The notes beneath the pieces are model-generated. The model saw only the letters and a program-made list of their open reading frames with translations. It was not told the origin of the DNA and searched no databases. The position numbers and the translations under genes were made by a program. Positions 19,270-28,549 of a DNA stretch of 64,000 nucleotides are shown in pieces. This stretch comes from Dehalococcoidia bacterium (lineage in GTDB: Bacteria; Chloroflexota; Dehalococcoidia; UBA2979): NCBI GenBank assembly GCA_965262725.1, contig OZ253555.1, positions 1,056,001-1,120,000 of the forward strand. The letters run 5' to 3'. Numbering within the stretch: the stretch's first letter is position 1; each line of letters starts with the position of its first letter.

Positions 19270-19616
19270 TGCTCACGTACGTGGGAATGGATGTGCACGC
19301 GCGCACGATCCGGGTGGCGGTGCTCGGGCCCGGCGGTGGGTAGCGCGAGGAGTGGGGGCTCGCGAACGAGCCGAGGGCGGTGGCCAGCCTCACCAGGCGG
19401 CTCCTGCCGCCCCGGCGCTGATTCCGCGCAAGCCCGGCGACCGGGTGAAGACCGATTGCCGCGCCGCGCGGAACCTGGCGGAGCTGCTGCGGGCGGGGCT
19501 TCTCACCGAGGTCCATGCTCCGACGCCCGACCAGGAGGCGGTGCGCGACCCCTTCCCGGGCGCGCGAGGACGCGGTGGCCGACCGCAAGCGGGCGCAGCA
19601 TCGGCTCTCGAAGCTA
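19270..19616 (+). pseudogene. IS110-family transposase remnant
   Basis: [11 protein letters not shown]; [32 protein letters not shown]; [19 protein letters not shown]; frameshifts and deletions. Confidence 0.8.
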
Positions 19617-19645
19617 CGTGACGGTCGTGCGGAAGCGGACCTGCG
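19617..19645 (-). repeat. 29-bp inverted copy (28/29) of PLD-gene sequence 5586-5614
   Basis: Reverse complement CGCAGGTCCGCTTCCGCACGACCGTCACG versus CGCAGGTCCGCTTCCGCACCACCGTCACG. Confidence 0.85.
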
Positions 19646-19674
19646 CTCGTCGTCATCCCGCCCCTCGGAGGCCA

Positions 19675-19945
19675 CGCGTTGCCGTCGGCCCCATGCATCT
19701 GGCGCAGGGCCTTGAGTTCCGCGCCGCCGTCGTCGCCGCCTGCGATGACGATGTGATCCTGACCTGACCTCCTGAAACGGGACCGCTCCAGACGAGAGTC
19801 GAGGCCATCGCCGACGGCGCGGAACTCGAGGATGTCTACGAGACGGAACACCACCTCCTCTACGTGGCGTGTACCCGGGCCCGCGATCACCTCCTCGTCA
19901 CGGGAGTCGCACCCGGTTCTGAGCTTCTGGATGACCTGCGGGCGC
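19675..19945 (+). pseudogene. UvrD-like helicase C-terminal remnant
   Basis: MHLAQGLEFRAAVV...; EHHLLYVACTRARDHLLVTG (motifs V/VI), frameshifted. Confidence 0.75.
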
Positions 19946-20086
19946 AGCGGATTGCGGGCACATCAAGCTCACCTCCGGCCTGAGCACACTCCGGGAAATC
20001 GCCTGGGTGCGGCCGGCCTGATCGCGGATCTCTGCTGGGTACCTGGCTCGTCGTGTTGCCGCCTCAATCCTTGATCGAGCGAGCGC

Positions 20087-20191
20087 AGGAACAATTCTGG
20101 ACCTCTTGGAACAAATCCGGAACAAATCCGGAACGTTTGGAACTCTCATGGAACGCAGCCGGAACTTTCTGTGAACGCCTGATCGCATGCT
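20087..20191 (+). promoter_or_regulatory. Nine phased GGAAC-type repeats plus weak -10 box (CATGCT); SARP-like promoter 1
   Basis: Units at 20087, 20098, 20107, 20118, 20129, 20138, 20149, 20160, 20171 (spacing 11,9,11,11,9,11,11,11). The last heptamer lies 8 nt before CATGCT (20186). Confidence 0.7.
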
Positions 20192-20256
20192 AGCCCCTGC
20201 ATTGCCGCACTCCGCCCATCGAGGCGGGCGCTCGGCGATGCGGAAGGGGCTTGCCC

Positions 20257-20892
20257 GTGCGGGATCCGCTGCTCGCCGTCGCCGTTGCGCTCGTCTGCCG
20301 GCTGCTGATCGCCGCGCCTGCCCGAGCGGAGCAGCCCGCGGATCCGCTCGCGGCCCTCGCCCGGGCCGGCGCGCCGCTGGTCGCTGCAGTGCTGCCGACG
20401 TCCGCCGGCCCCACGCCACCGGCGAGGCCGATGGCGGCCTCCGCGACGGCCCCGTTCGCACCAGAGCCCGGAACCGCACCCGCGATCGGCATTCTCGGGA
20501 CCCCGAACCCCGTCGACGCACTCGGCGGACTCGACGCACGTGGGCGGGCGGCCGCGTTCCTCGACGGCGTCGTGAGCGTGCTCAGGCGGGAGCTGCCCGG
20601 GGCGATGCGCGGCTGCATCGACGGGGCGCTCGGCTTCGGCGCCTCGTCGCGCAGCTTCGTCAAGCACGCGCCGGCTGAGGGCTCCTACGAGAGCTCGACG
20701 GGGCGATCGCTCCGGGACTTCTCGCGCGTGATCGCCAACGCCGGCCTCGCGCTCGTGGTGATGTGGGGCGGCCTCAGGCAACACATCGGCAGCCTCTGCC
20801 ACGGGGAGCCGCTCCCCCGCGTCCTCGCGGCACTCGCCGTGAACCTCACGCTCGAACCTGCGGAGGGAGGGAGGCCGCGATGGTGGGAGTAG
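20257..20892 (+). pseudogene. Truncated TrbL/VirB6-like conjugation membrane protein
   Basis: Signal-peptide-like start and SYESST..SLRDFSRVIANAGLALVVMWGG...LPRVLAALAVNLTL segment; appears internally deleted. Confidence 0.5.
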
Positions 20893-22538
20893 TGCGCGGG
20901 CGCCGGCGCGAGACAGGCTCGGGGTGGCGTGAGGACGCGCGTGGGACGCTGGGCCCGCTCGCGCTGCTGCTCGCCGGGGTGGCACTGGGAGTCGTGCTGT
21001 GGAGACTCGACGGCGGGCCCCCGGCGCCGAGCGGGGCGCATATCCGGGAGGTGCTGTCCGGCACGGGACTCGCTGCCTCCGACGTGATCGCTGCCGCCAT
21101 CGCCATCGCCTCGCTCGTCGTCGGCTGCGTCGCGCTCCGTGTCGCGCTGAGCCTGATTGCCGGGGACGGCGTCACGGCCGACCGCGCGGACCCCGGCGAC
21201 GGAGACGGAGGCGGCGCCGTCGCGCCGGCCATCGGCCCGGAACGCCCGCGCCGTGTCGAAGTGGTGGCGGTCCGGCGCGACGCCCCTGCGCGCCGGGCGT
21301 CCGGAAGCGACGGCCCGAGACTCGCCCCGCCGGCGTGGTCGCCTGATGGCGCGCTGGCACCTGCCGGCGTCACCGTTGGTGGTAGATCCGACCGGGCGGC
21401 AACGGGGATGACGGGCGACCGTGCCTTCGATATCGAGGGACCGACGGAGGAGATCGCGGTCCCCGGCCCTGCGGGCGGCGGAGACGTTGCCGGCCGCCAG
21501 CCGGCGCCCGCCGGGCGCGACGCAGCGGTGAATGCTCCCGACGAGCCAGGCAGCGCAGGCGCACCTGCCAGGACGCCCGGCGAACCCACCGGGATCCGCG
21601 CCGCCGGAGACTCCAGGGCGGCCGGGAGCGCGGTTCCCCGAGTTCCTCCGGGAGCGACTCAGTTCCCGGCTGGCACCGAGCGAACCACCCCGGAGGCGAC
21701 CAGGCAGGCCTCGTTCTTCACCGGGGAACCCCAGGGTGATCCAACGGACACGGCTCAGACAACCGAACCGCCCTTCCACGTCCAGTGTCTTGGCCCGTTC
21801 CGGGTCCGCGCGCGCGGCGTGGCTGTTGACCGGTGGCCGCTCAGGAAGTCCCGCGAACTGCTGGCGTTCCTCGTCGCGCACCACCCCGTCGCCGTCCGCC
21901 GCGAGGTCATCGCCGAAGCGCTGTGGGAGGGCTACGACTGGGACGCGAGCCTGAGACACACGCTGTCGAACGCAGCCACCACACTGCGGACCACGTTGCG
22001 GACCGCCGCCGTCGCCGCCCCCGATGAGCTGCAACCGCTCGTCGCGGCACGCCGGCAGCTCCAGCTCCCGCCCGCTCTCTTCGCGGTGGACGTCGATGCG
22101 TTCGACGCGGCGCTGCGACATGCAGCCGGTCTCCCGGATCCGGAAGCACTCGGCGAGTACGAGCGCGCGCTCGGTCTCTACGCGGGGGAGTTCCTCGAGG
22201 GGGAGGGCTTCACATGGCTGGACTCCCACCGCATCAAACACCGCCAACGGCTGTGGGACGCCGCACGTACCGCCGCCGCTATCGCCGAGCGCATGGGCGA
22301 TCCCGCGCGCGCCGAGCCGCTCCACCGCACGGTCCTCAAGCAGGAGCCGACCGATGAGGACGCCGCACGCCGCCTGATGCAGTGCCTCGCGCGCTCAGGT
22401 GACGTGGCGGGGGTCCGGGAGACGTTCACGGCGCTGACCGAGGCCTGGGTGCGTGAACTGGATGACGACACAGCTCGGCCGTCGCCGCCGACGCTGGCGC
22501 TGTTCACGGAGCTGGTGGGGGCTACGGCACATGGCTGA
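20880..22538 (+). CDS. Membrane-anchored SARP-like regulator (TM - low-complexity linker - winged HTH - BTAD)
   Basis: Two N-terminal hydrophobic helices; VQCLGPFRV...KSRELLAFLVAH...LW; VDVDAF...ALGLYAGEFLEG..W; EPTDEDAARRLM...PSPPTLAL. Confidence 0.82.
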   Translation: MVGVVRGRRRETGSGWREDARGTLGPLALLLAGVALGVVLWRLDGGPPAPSGAHIREVLSGTGLAASDVIAAAIAIASLVVGCVALRVALSLIAGDGVTADRADPGDGDGGGAVAPAIGPERPRRVEVVAVRRDAPARRASGSDGPRLAPPAWSPDGALAPAGVTVGGRSDRAATGMTGDRAFDIEGPTEEIAVPGPAGGGDVAGRQPAPAGRDAAVNAPDEPGSAGAPARTPGEPTGIRAAGDSRAAGSAVPRVPPGATQFPAGTERTTPEATRQASFFTGEPQGDPTDTAQTTEPPFHVQCLGPFRVRARGVAVDRWPLRKSRELLAFLVAHHPVAVRREVIAEALWEGYDWDASLRHTLSNAATTLRTTLRTAAVAAPDELQPLVAARRQLQLPPALFAVDVDAFDAALRHAAGLPDPEALGEYERALGLYAGEFLEGEGFTWLDSHRIKHRQRLWDAARTAAAIAERMGDPARAEPLHRTVLKQEPTDEDAARRLMQCLARSGDVAGVRETFTALTEAWVRELDDDTARPSPPTLALFTELVGATAHG

Positions 22539-22634
22539 GGCTGTCGCACGGAGGGGCGTGGGCGGAGTGCCAGACGAAGATGCTGCCTCTGCAGGCGCCC
22601 CGTCACCGGCGGATTCTCGAGACCACGCCGATTC

Positions 22635-22719
22635 TGGACCAAATTTGGACCAACGGTGGACCGTTTGGACCGATTTTGGTGCTCGTTTGGACTTCCGCGT
22701 GACCACCGGATCGCAAGCT
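22635..22719 (+). promoter_or_regulatory. Seven phased GGACC-type repeats plus weak -10 box (CAAGCT); SARP-like promoter 2
   Basis: Units at 22635, 22646, 22657, 22666, 22677, 22688, 22699 (11,11,9,11,11,11). The last heptamer lies 8 nt before CAAGCT (22714). Confidence 0.7.
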
Positions 22720-22781
22720 GGCCCTGCATCACCGCACACCGCCAACGGGCGAGCGCGCGGCGATGCGGAAAGGAGCTGGTC

Positions 22782-22949
22782 ATGCGCGGTCCGCTGCTCG
22801 CCGTCACTGGTGCGCTTGCCCGTTGGCTGGCGCCTGCCGCGCCTGCCCGCGCGCAGCAGGCACGGGATCCGCTTGCGGCGCTTGCCGTGGCCGGTGCGCC
22901 AATCAGTCCCGCTGACGTGGCTATGGACGTGACGGAGGTGCATCCATGA
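22782..22949 (+). pseudogene. Short paralogous stub of the 20257 ORF (signal peptide only)
   Basis: MRGPLLAVTGALARWLAPAAPARAQQARDPLAALAVAGAP versus (M)RDPLLAVAVALVCRLLIAAPARAEQPADPLAALARAGAP; RBS AAGGAG; ATGA overlap with the next gene. Confidence 0.65.
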
Positions 22950-25531
22950 GTCGTATCGATCTCGACCAGGTGAAGCGGGGCAACCCGATCGCCGAGGAAC
23001 TCTCCCATCTCGCCGAGGTCGTCGCGCCGCGGGATCTCGATGCGAGCATTGCCTCAGCGCGGGGCATGTTCGGCGCGCTGGCCGGCGAGTCGATCTCGCT
23101 TGAGATCGCGACGGGGTATGCCGGCCCGCGCTGGTACGTGCGCTCCGCCACCGAATCGGGCCTCGAACGCGCGCTCGCGCAGCTGCGCGCGGCCTACCCG
23201 CAGGTGCGGGCTGAGCGCATCGCACCGAACCGCGCCGACCTCGACCCGGCCCAGGTGCTCGGGGGAGAGCAGGCCGTCGTGGTCGAGCTGCAGCCGTCCG
23301 CCCGGGACATCCTCTCGCTCCGCAGCGACTGGCGGAACGAGCCCTCACCGCTCGTGGGCGTGCTGGCGCGGGCGGCGCCGCGGGGCGACGAGCGAGTCGT
23401 CTGCCGGCTGACACTCGGCCCCGCGCCGGCCGGGGCGGCCGGCCGCCTCCACCGCCGCGCGGCGCCCGCCGGGGCGCCGCGGCGCGAGCCCGCCGGCGAC
23501 CCGGGGCCGAGCGCGCTCCCGCTCGTCGGGGCGCTCGCGATCGCCGCGGCGGGCCTGCAGGGACGGGAGTGGTACCTCGATGGGGAGTGGCCGCTGCTGG
23601 TCGCGGGCGGTGCCTGCGTCTTCGTCGGCCTGCCGCTCGCGGGAGCGCTCGCCATGCGCATGCTGCGCTCCCCCGACCCGCTCCCGCCGAGGGTGGTCGA
23701 GCAGAAGCTGGCATCGCCGCTGGTCGCGGCCCGACTCGAGGTCCACGCGATCGGCGGGCGGGGCTCGGACCCGCAGCGCCTGCGCCTGCTCGCGACCGAG
23801 ACCGCGGGGGCCTACGGCGCCTACGACTCGGCGGGCGGGGGCCTGCGCCCCGCGGCTCCGCACGCGCCGCGCCGCAGGCCGGACCGGAAGCTGCCGCTGC
23901 TCCTGAACACCGCCGAGCTCTCCGGCCTCTGGCACCTGCCCGACCAGGCGGGCGCCCCGGCCGGGATCCGCCGCACCACGGCACAGCGGCTCCCGCCGGC
24001 GCCCGGCCACGCGGCGCGCGGCGCGCGCGTCGGCACCTCTGATGCGGACGGCGGCGCCGCTCCCGTCCACCTGCCCGCTCCGCTCCTGCACCGCAACCAG
24101 CTGATCGTGGCGAAGACGCGGCGCGGCAAGTCGACGCTGCTGAGGCACCTCGCGGCCCGCGTGATGGAGGGGGCAGCCGGGGGCTCGGACGGGACGGCGC
24201 TGGTGGTGGTCGACCCGCACCAGGATCTGGCCGAGGCGGTGCTGGACGCCGTGCCGCCGGAGCTCGCGGACCGCACGACCTACCTCGACTTCGCGAACCT
24301 GGAGCGGCCGGTCGGCCTCAACCTGCTCGACGTCTCGCTCTTCCCGGACCGCGACCGCACGACCGAGCACATCGTCACGATGATGAACCGCCTCTGGCCG
24401 GCGAACTGGGGACCGCGCATGGAGGGCGCGCTGCGGGCATCGCTGCTGGCGCTGCTCGACGCGAACAGGCAGTACGAGCGGGAGGCGCAGTTCACGCTGC
24501 TCGACGTCGCGCCGATGCTCACCGACCGGGAGCTGCGCGAGCGCGTGCTCGACCAGGTGCAGGACCCGGCGGTGCGCGCCTGGTGGCGCGACAACTACGA
24601 CCGCGCGGGGCGCGTGCTGCAGCAGCAGACCGCGAACCCCGTCACCTCGAAGATCGGCCGCTTCACGGTGACCGAGGCCTCGCGCCTGGTCTTCGGGCAG
24701 GCTCGCTCCACCTTCGATCCGCGCGCGATCGTGCGTGACGGCGGCGTGCTCGTCGTGAACACCGCCGTCGGCGCGCTCGGCGAGGGCGCCGCCTCGCTCG
24801 TCGGCGCGACGCTGCTCAACCTGCTCGGCCTCCTGATCGAGGAGCAGGTCGCGCTGCCGCCGGAGCGGCGCCGCAGGGTGATCGGGCTCATCGACGAGTC
24901 GAGCACGCTCGGCGCCGTCGACTACACGCGCATGCTCTCCGAGCTCGGCAAGTACGGCGCGAGCTTCGTGCTGGTCACCCAGTCGCTCGCGAAGCTCGAC
25001 GCCATCGACCGCAACCTCGCCCCGACGATCTTCGCCAACTCCGACGGCCTCACCGTCTTCGGGGTGAGCGCCGAGGATGCCCGCCGGCTCACGCCGGAGC
25101 TGGGAGGCGGGATCGAGGTCCCCGACCTCGTCTCGCTCGACGACTTCACCTGCTACGCGCGCTGGTGGGACGGCCGCGCCCGCCCGCCGGCCTTCTCGTT
25201 CCGGGTGGATCCGCCGCCACCGACCGTCCCGGGACGCGCCCGGGCGATCGCGGCGCGCTCCGCCGCGCGCGTCGGCCGACCGCGCGAGCAGGTGGTGCGG
25301 GAGATCACGCGGGCGCTCTCGGAGCGCTCGCCGTCACAGGCAGCGGGCCGCCGCGAGCGGAAGTCCCGGGAGGACGTGGCCGAGGCAGGGCCGGGGAGTG
25401 CCGCCGGGGCGGGTGACGCGAACGCGACTCCGACGAGCAGGGCGGATGAGCGCGAGAGCCCGCCGACCCCCCTGCGACCACGCCGCGGCAACGATCACCG
25501 CGGACACGATCACCGAGGCCGCCATGCGTGA
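22946..25531 (+). CDS. VirD4/TraD-like coupling ATPase (type IV secretion DNA-binding domain)
   Basis: Two TM helices; Walker A variant AKTRRGKST; VVDPHQDL, GLNLLD, LIDES, GKYG..LVTQSL. Confidence 0.82.
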   Translation: MSRIDLDQVKRGNPIAEELSHLAEVVAPRDLDASIASARGMFGALAGESISLEIATGYAGPRWYVRSATESGLERALAQLRAAYPQVRAERIAPNRADLDPAQVLGGEQAVVVELQPSARDILSLRSDWRNEPSPLVGVLARAAPRGDERVVCRLTLGPAPAGAAGRLHRRAAPAGAPRREPAGDPGPSALPLVGALAIAAAGLQGREWYLDGEWPLLVAGGACVFVGLPLAGALAMRMLRSPDPLPPRVVEQKLASPLVAARLEVHAIGGRGSDPQRLRLLATETAGAYGAYDSAGGGLRPAAPHAPRRRPDRKLPLLLNTAELSGLWHLPDQAGAPAGIRRTTAQRLPPAPGHAARGARVGTSDADGGAAPVHLPAPLLHRNQLIVAKTRRGKSTLLRHLAARVMEGAAGGSDGTALVVVDPHQDLAEAVLDAVPPELADRTTYLDFANLERPVGLNLLDVSLFPDRDRTTEHIVTMMNRLWPANWGPRMEGALRASLLALLDANRQYEREAQFTLLDVAPMLTDRELRERVLDQVQDPAVRAWWRDNYDRAGRVLQQQTANPVTSKIGRFTVTEASRLVFGQARSTFDPRAIVRDGGVLVVNTAVGALGEGAASLVGATLLNLLGLLIEEQVALPPERRRRVIGLIDESSTLGAVDYTRMLSELGKYGASFVLVTQSLAKLDAIDRNLAPTIFANSDGLTVFGVSAEDARRLTPELGGGIEVPDLVSLDDFTCYARWWDGRARPPAFSFRVDPPPPTVPGRARAIAARSAARVGRPREQVVREITRALSERSPSQAAGRRERKSREDVAEAGPGSAAGAGDANATPTSRADERESPPTPLRPRRGNDHRGHDHRGRHA

Positions 25532-26684
25532 CGAGACGGCGCGTCTCGCGCGGGCTCTGGAGTGGATCGCGCGGCTCCCGCTCTGCGGTGAGCCGGAGCT
25601 CGCCGGTCTGCTCGACGTGGACGAGCATGATGCTCGCCGACTCATTCATCAGCTTTCCGCGCAGGGGTGGACTGAGACCGTCACGGCGGGCTCGCGCGAA
25701 CTCGAACAGCGGCGACTTGCCGTCGTCCGCGACGACGCGGTGCCGGCTCTCGCAGCCGCCCTCCGCAGCGATCGAACCTCGCTCGCGAGCGCCATCCCGG
25801 TCCGCTCGCGTGATCTCTCGAGGCGGGTGGCTCGGCTTGAGATCACCGCCTCTGTGAATCGCTTCGCTGCCGACCTCGCCGACGATTTCAGGTGCGCCGG
25901 TCTCGCCGAACTCGCCGACGCGCGATCCCTCCCGATCGCCGTGCCTCCGGCCGGGCGCTGGTGGCTCCCGGGCATCGAGGCCTACGGCTGTCTCCGCTCC
26001 GGCCCACTCCATGCACCGTTCTTCCTGGCGTGGGACCGGATGGCGGCACCGGACGTGTACCGCCGCAGGCGGCTTGCCGGCTGGTTCGGGGCGAGCGCTC
26101 CTGCCGCCGAGCTATGGGGGAGGGGAGGCCTGCCGCCGGTACTCGTGGTCTGTCCGTCCGAGAGGGAGCGGTGGGTATGGGAGAGCGCGCTCGCCACACG
26201 CGATGAGACCGGCTCACGGCGTCTCGAACTGATCTTCACGACCCGCGGCGAGCTGCGCTCAGAGGGGGCGGGCGAGGCCCGGTGGTGGCTACCCGGCCGC
26301 GCGCCGGCGCCGCTCGTCGAGCAGCTCGGATGGGGCGAGCCACCGGTGGTGGACGCGATCCGGATCGAACGGGCGCTTGACGACTACGGGCCGCCACCTC
26401 GCCGCACCGGGCCGTCGCTAACCATGCGTGCGTTCGCCGAGGCGACGAGCGGTGCGGCGAAACCGCTCTGGCAACGTCTCGGCGACCTCGCCCTCGTGAC
26501 GGCGCCGGCCGAGAAGACCCTCATCGAGTGGGTGGCGCGGCACCCACTGCTCAGCATCGCCGACCTCGCGGCGCTCCTCAACGAACCGGCGGGACTGATC
26601 GGGCGCCGCCTGGCGCGGCTCGAGGGCAACGGCGCGATCCATCCATCCAGCCAGTCGGTGCAGACGGAAGGTACTCTCCGATGA
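25524..26684 (+). CDS. Replication-relaxation-like (wHTH + degenerate PD-(D/E)xK) protein
   Basis: N- and C-terminal HTH-like segments; VNRF, FFLAWDR and PPVLVVC segments parallel the next ORF. Confidence 0.6.
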   Translation: MRDETARLARALEWIARLPLCGEPELAGLLDVDEHDARRLIHQLSAQGWTETVTAGSRELEQRRLAVVRDDAVPALAAALRSDRTSLASAIPVRSRDLSRRVARLEITASVNRFAADLADDFRCAGLAELADARSLPIAVPPAGRWWLPGIEAYGCLRSGPLHAPFFLAWDRMAAPDVYRRRRLAGWFGASAPAAELWGRGGLPPVLVVCPSERERWVWESALATRDETGSRRLELIFTTRGELRSEGAGEARWWLPGRAPAPLVEQLGWGEPPVVDAIRIERALDDYGPPPRRTGPSLTMRAFAEATSGAAKPLWQRLGDLALVTAPAEKTLIEWVARHPLLSIADLAALLNEPAGLIGRRLARLEGNGAIHPSSQSVQTEGTLR

Positions 26685-27403
26685 ACAACGTCAACGAGCC
26701 CCGCTACGTGCTCACCGAGCTGGGTATGCGATTGCTCGCCGCTCAGGCCGGCGTGCCTCCGGCCGTCTTCGGGCGGTACGGAGGGGTGACCTTCGCCTCC
26801 GCGCGGCAGCCATCCCGCCAGCGAGTGGTCTGGCACCGTGAACACACGCTCGGCGTGAACCGCTTCGCTGCGCGGCTCGCCCTCGACGCCCGGTCCGCCG
26901 GCTGGCGCTTCGCCGAATGGCGAAACGAGGCGGAGTCGACACACCACTTCGTCTCGGAAGACAGGCGGAGGGCCTGGATCCGCCCCGACGGCTCCGGTCT
27001 GCTCGTGCGTGGCGCGGAGGTGCGCCCGTTCTTGTTTGAGTACGACCGCGGGACCATCAACTCGGGCGCCTACCGCCCGAAGCTCGAGGGATACCGGCAG
27101 TACTACGCCACCGCGGCGTGGGAGGACGATTTCCCGAGCGAGCCCGCGCTGCTCTTCGTGTGCAGCGATGACCGCGCGGAAGCACGGGTCAGGCGAGCTG
27201 CGAGCCGGTGGGCGGAGCAGGCCACGGTACTCGCCACCGCTGAATGGCGGTTCGAGGGCGGTGCCGGCCACGTGCGTGGCCTGTTCGGTGACCTCTGGCA
27301 GCCGCTAGGGACCGCAGGCGGACCCCGCCAATGCTGGCCATCCTTCAGATCGGGGCGATCTGAGACGACGGCGTCGGGTCTGGACGGACGAGCGAAGCCG
27401 TGA
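26681..27403 (+). CDS. Replication-relaxation (Replic_Relax) family protein
   Basis: HTLGVNRF, WRNE, IRPDG, FLFEYDRGT, KLEGY motifs. Confidence 0.8.
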   Translation: MNNVNEPRYVLTELGMRLLAAQAGVPPAVFGRYGGVTFASARQPSRQRVVWHREHTLGVNRFAARLALDARSAGWRFAEWRNEAESTHHFVSEDRRRAWIRPDGSGLLVRGAEVRPFLFEYDRGTINSGAYRPKLEGYRQYYATAAWEDDFPSEPALLFVCSDDRAEARVRRAASRWAEQATVLATAEWRFEGGAGHVRGLFGDLWQPLGTAGGPRQCWPSFRSGRSETTASGLDGRAKP

Positions 27404-27769
27404 ACGGCGAGTGCCACACGCGCACGGCTCCCGAAGCGGTGATGCTATTCGGCATCGGGCGGATTCACGCGTACCAGCCGGTCGCCCATGGAGCGAGCGC
27501 GGTGGGGGGGCTCGGGCACATGTGCATCCGGCGCGCCGCATCGAACACCGGATCGATCCCATCGATCCGGGTGCGCACGGGGGCACCAGTTGTGACGCGA
27601 TCGCGGTGGTCTTCGGGGCCCGCGACCGCTCAGTCACGACGGCGCGAGCCCAATCGGTGTGACATAACGCGGGAGACGTTTCCGCCGGCTGTAGAGTACC
27701 TTTGCCGCAAGTACGCGGCGGTCGTGCGGGCGATCTGGGAGCGCAGCCGGAAGCTCCGTGACGATGCGG

Positions 27770-28101
27770 ACGGCACGCTCGACTCCGGTGACTTCGCAGC
27801 GAAGTTCGCAGGCTACGGGCGCTACTACGCGGCCCGTGCGTGGCGCCGGGACTTCGACGCGGAGCCCGTGCTGCTCTTCGTCTGCACCGGTGGCCGGGCG
27901 GAGGAGCACGTGGTGCGAGCCGCCCGGCGTGCCGCGCGCGAGTCCGCCTTCCGCCCGCCCCTCCTGGTCACGACCGAGTGGCGGTCGGGCCAGGGTCCCC
28001 GGAATACGAGGAGACTGATGGGGCCCGTCTGGCGGTATTGCACGGTCGCTACGCCCCGGGGACCGCTGACCGGGGCTGCAAGCGGGGCGGCCTGGACGTG
28101 A
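27770..28101 (+). pseudogene. C-terminal fragment of a third replication-relaxation paralogue
   Basis: GTLDSGDFAAKFAGYGRYYAARAWRRDFDAEPVLLFVC...TTEWR aligns with GTINSGAYRPKLEGYRQYYATAAWEDDFPSEPALLFVC...TAEWR. Confidence 0.7.
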
Positions 28102-28177
28102 TCGGCACATGGTCGAGCTGCCCATCGTGCGCACGAGCCGGCAGTCGCGACGTGACGCGCGGTGGTTGGGAGATGGG

Positions 28178-28549
28178 ATGAAGAATCTCGTACGACGTTC
28201 AGGGCTGCCTTCCAGCGCGGGGCTGACGGTCGACGGCCCCGCGCGCTCCCTCGAATCCGACCCATCCACTGCGGGACTGCTCGTGGATTCGCCGTCCCGC
28301 GCCCTGGCGTTGACCAAGGCCGAGGCGGCCGAGTCGCTGGGAATCAGCCAGCGAAAGCTTGAGCAGTACATTGGGTCGGGAGAACTTCCGAGCATCAAGT
28401 TTGGTCGGGCGAGGAGGGTCCTCACGTCGGACCTTGCCGCGTTCGCACAGCATCTCAGGGACGAGACGCTTCGAGCGGAACATCCGGCCGACGGCGGTGG
28501 AAGGCACGCGATGGTCGGTCGAGCACGGACGAGCGGAGGGATGCAATGA
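28178..28549 (+). CDS. xis: Excisionase-like helix-turn-helix protein
   Basis: LTKAEAAESLGIS...SGELPSIKFGRARRV; ATGA overlap with the integrase. Confidence 0.8.
   Translation: MKNLVRRSGLPSSAGLTVDGPARSLESDPSTAGLLVDSPSRALALTKAEAAESLGISQRKLEQYIGSGELPSIKFGRARRVLTSDLAAFAQHLRDETLRAEHPADGGGRHAMVGRARTSGGMQ

Noticed and set aside
19270-19616. Functional IS110 / bridge-RNA system
   Set aside because: The transposase is fragmentary and no element ends or non-coding region could be delimited.
20087-22705. Phased arrays as CRISPR arrays
   Set aside because: The period is 9-11 bp with no 25-45-bp unique spacers, and there are no cas genes.
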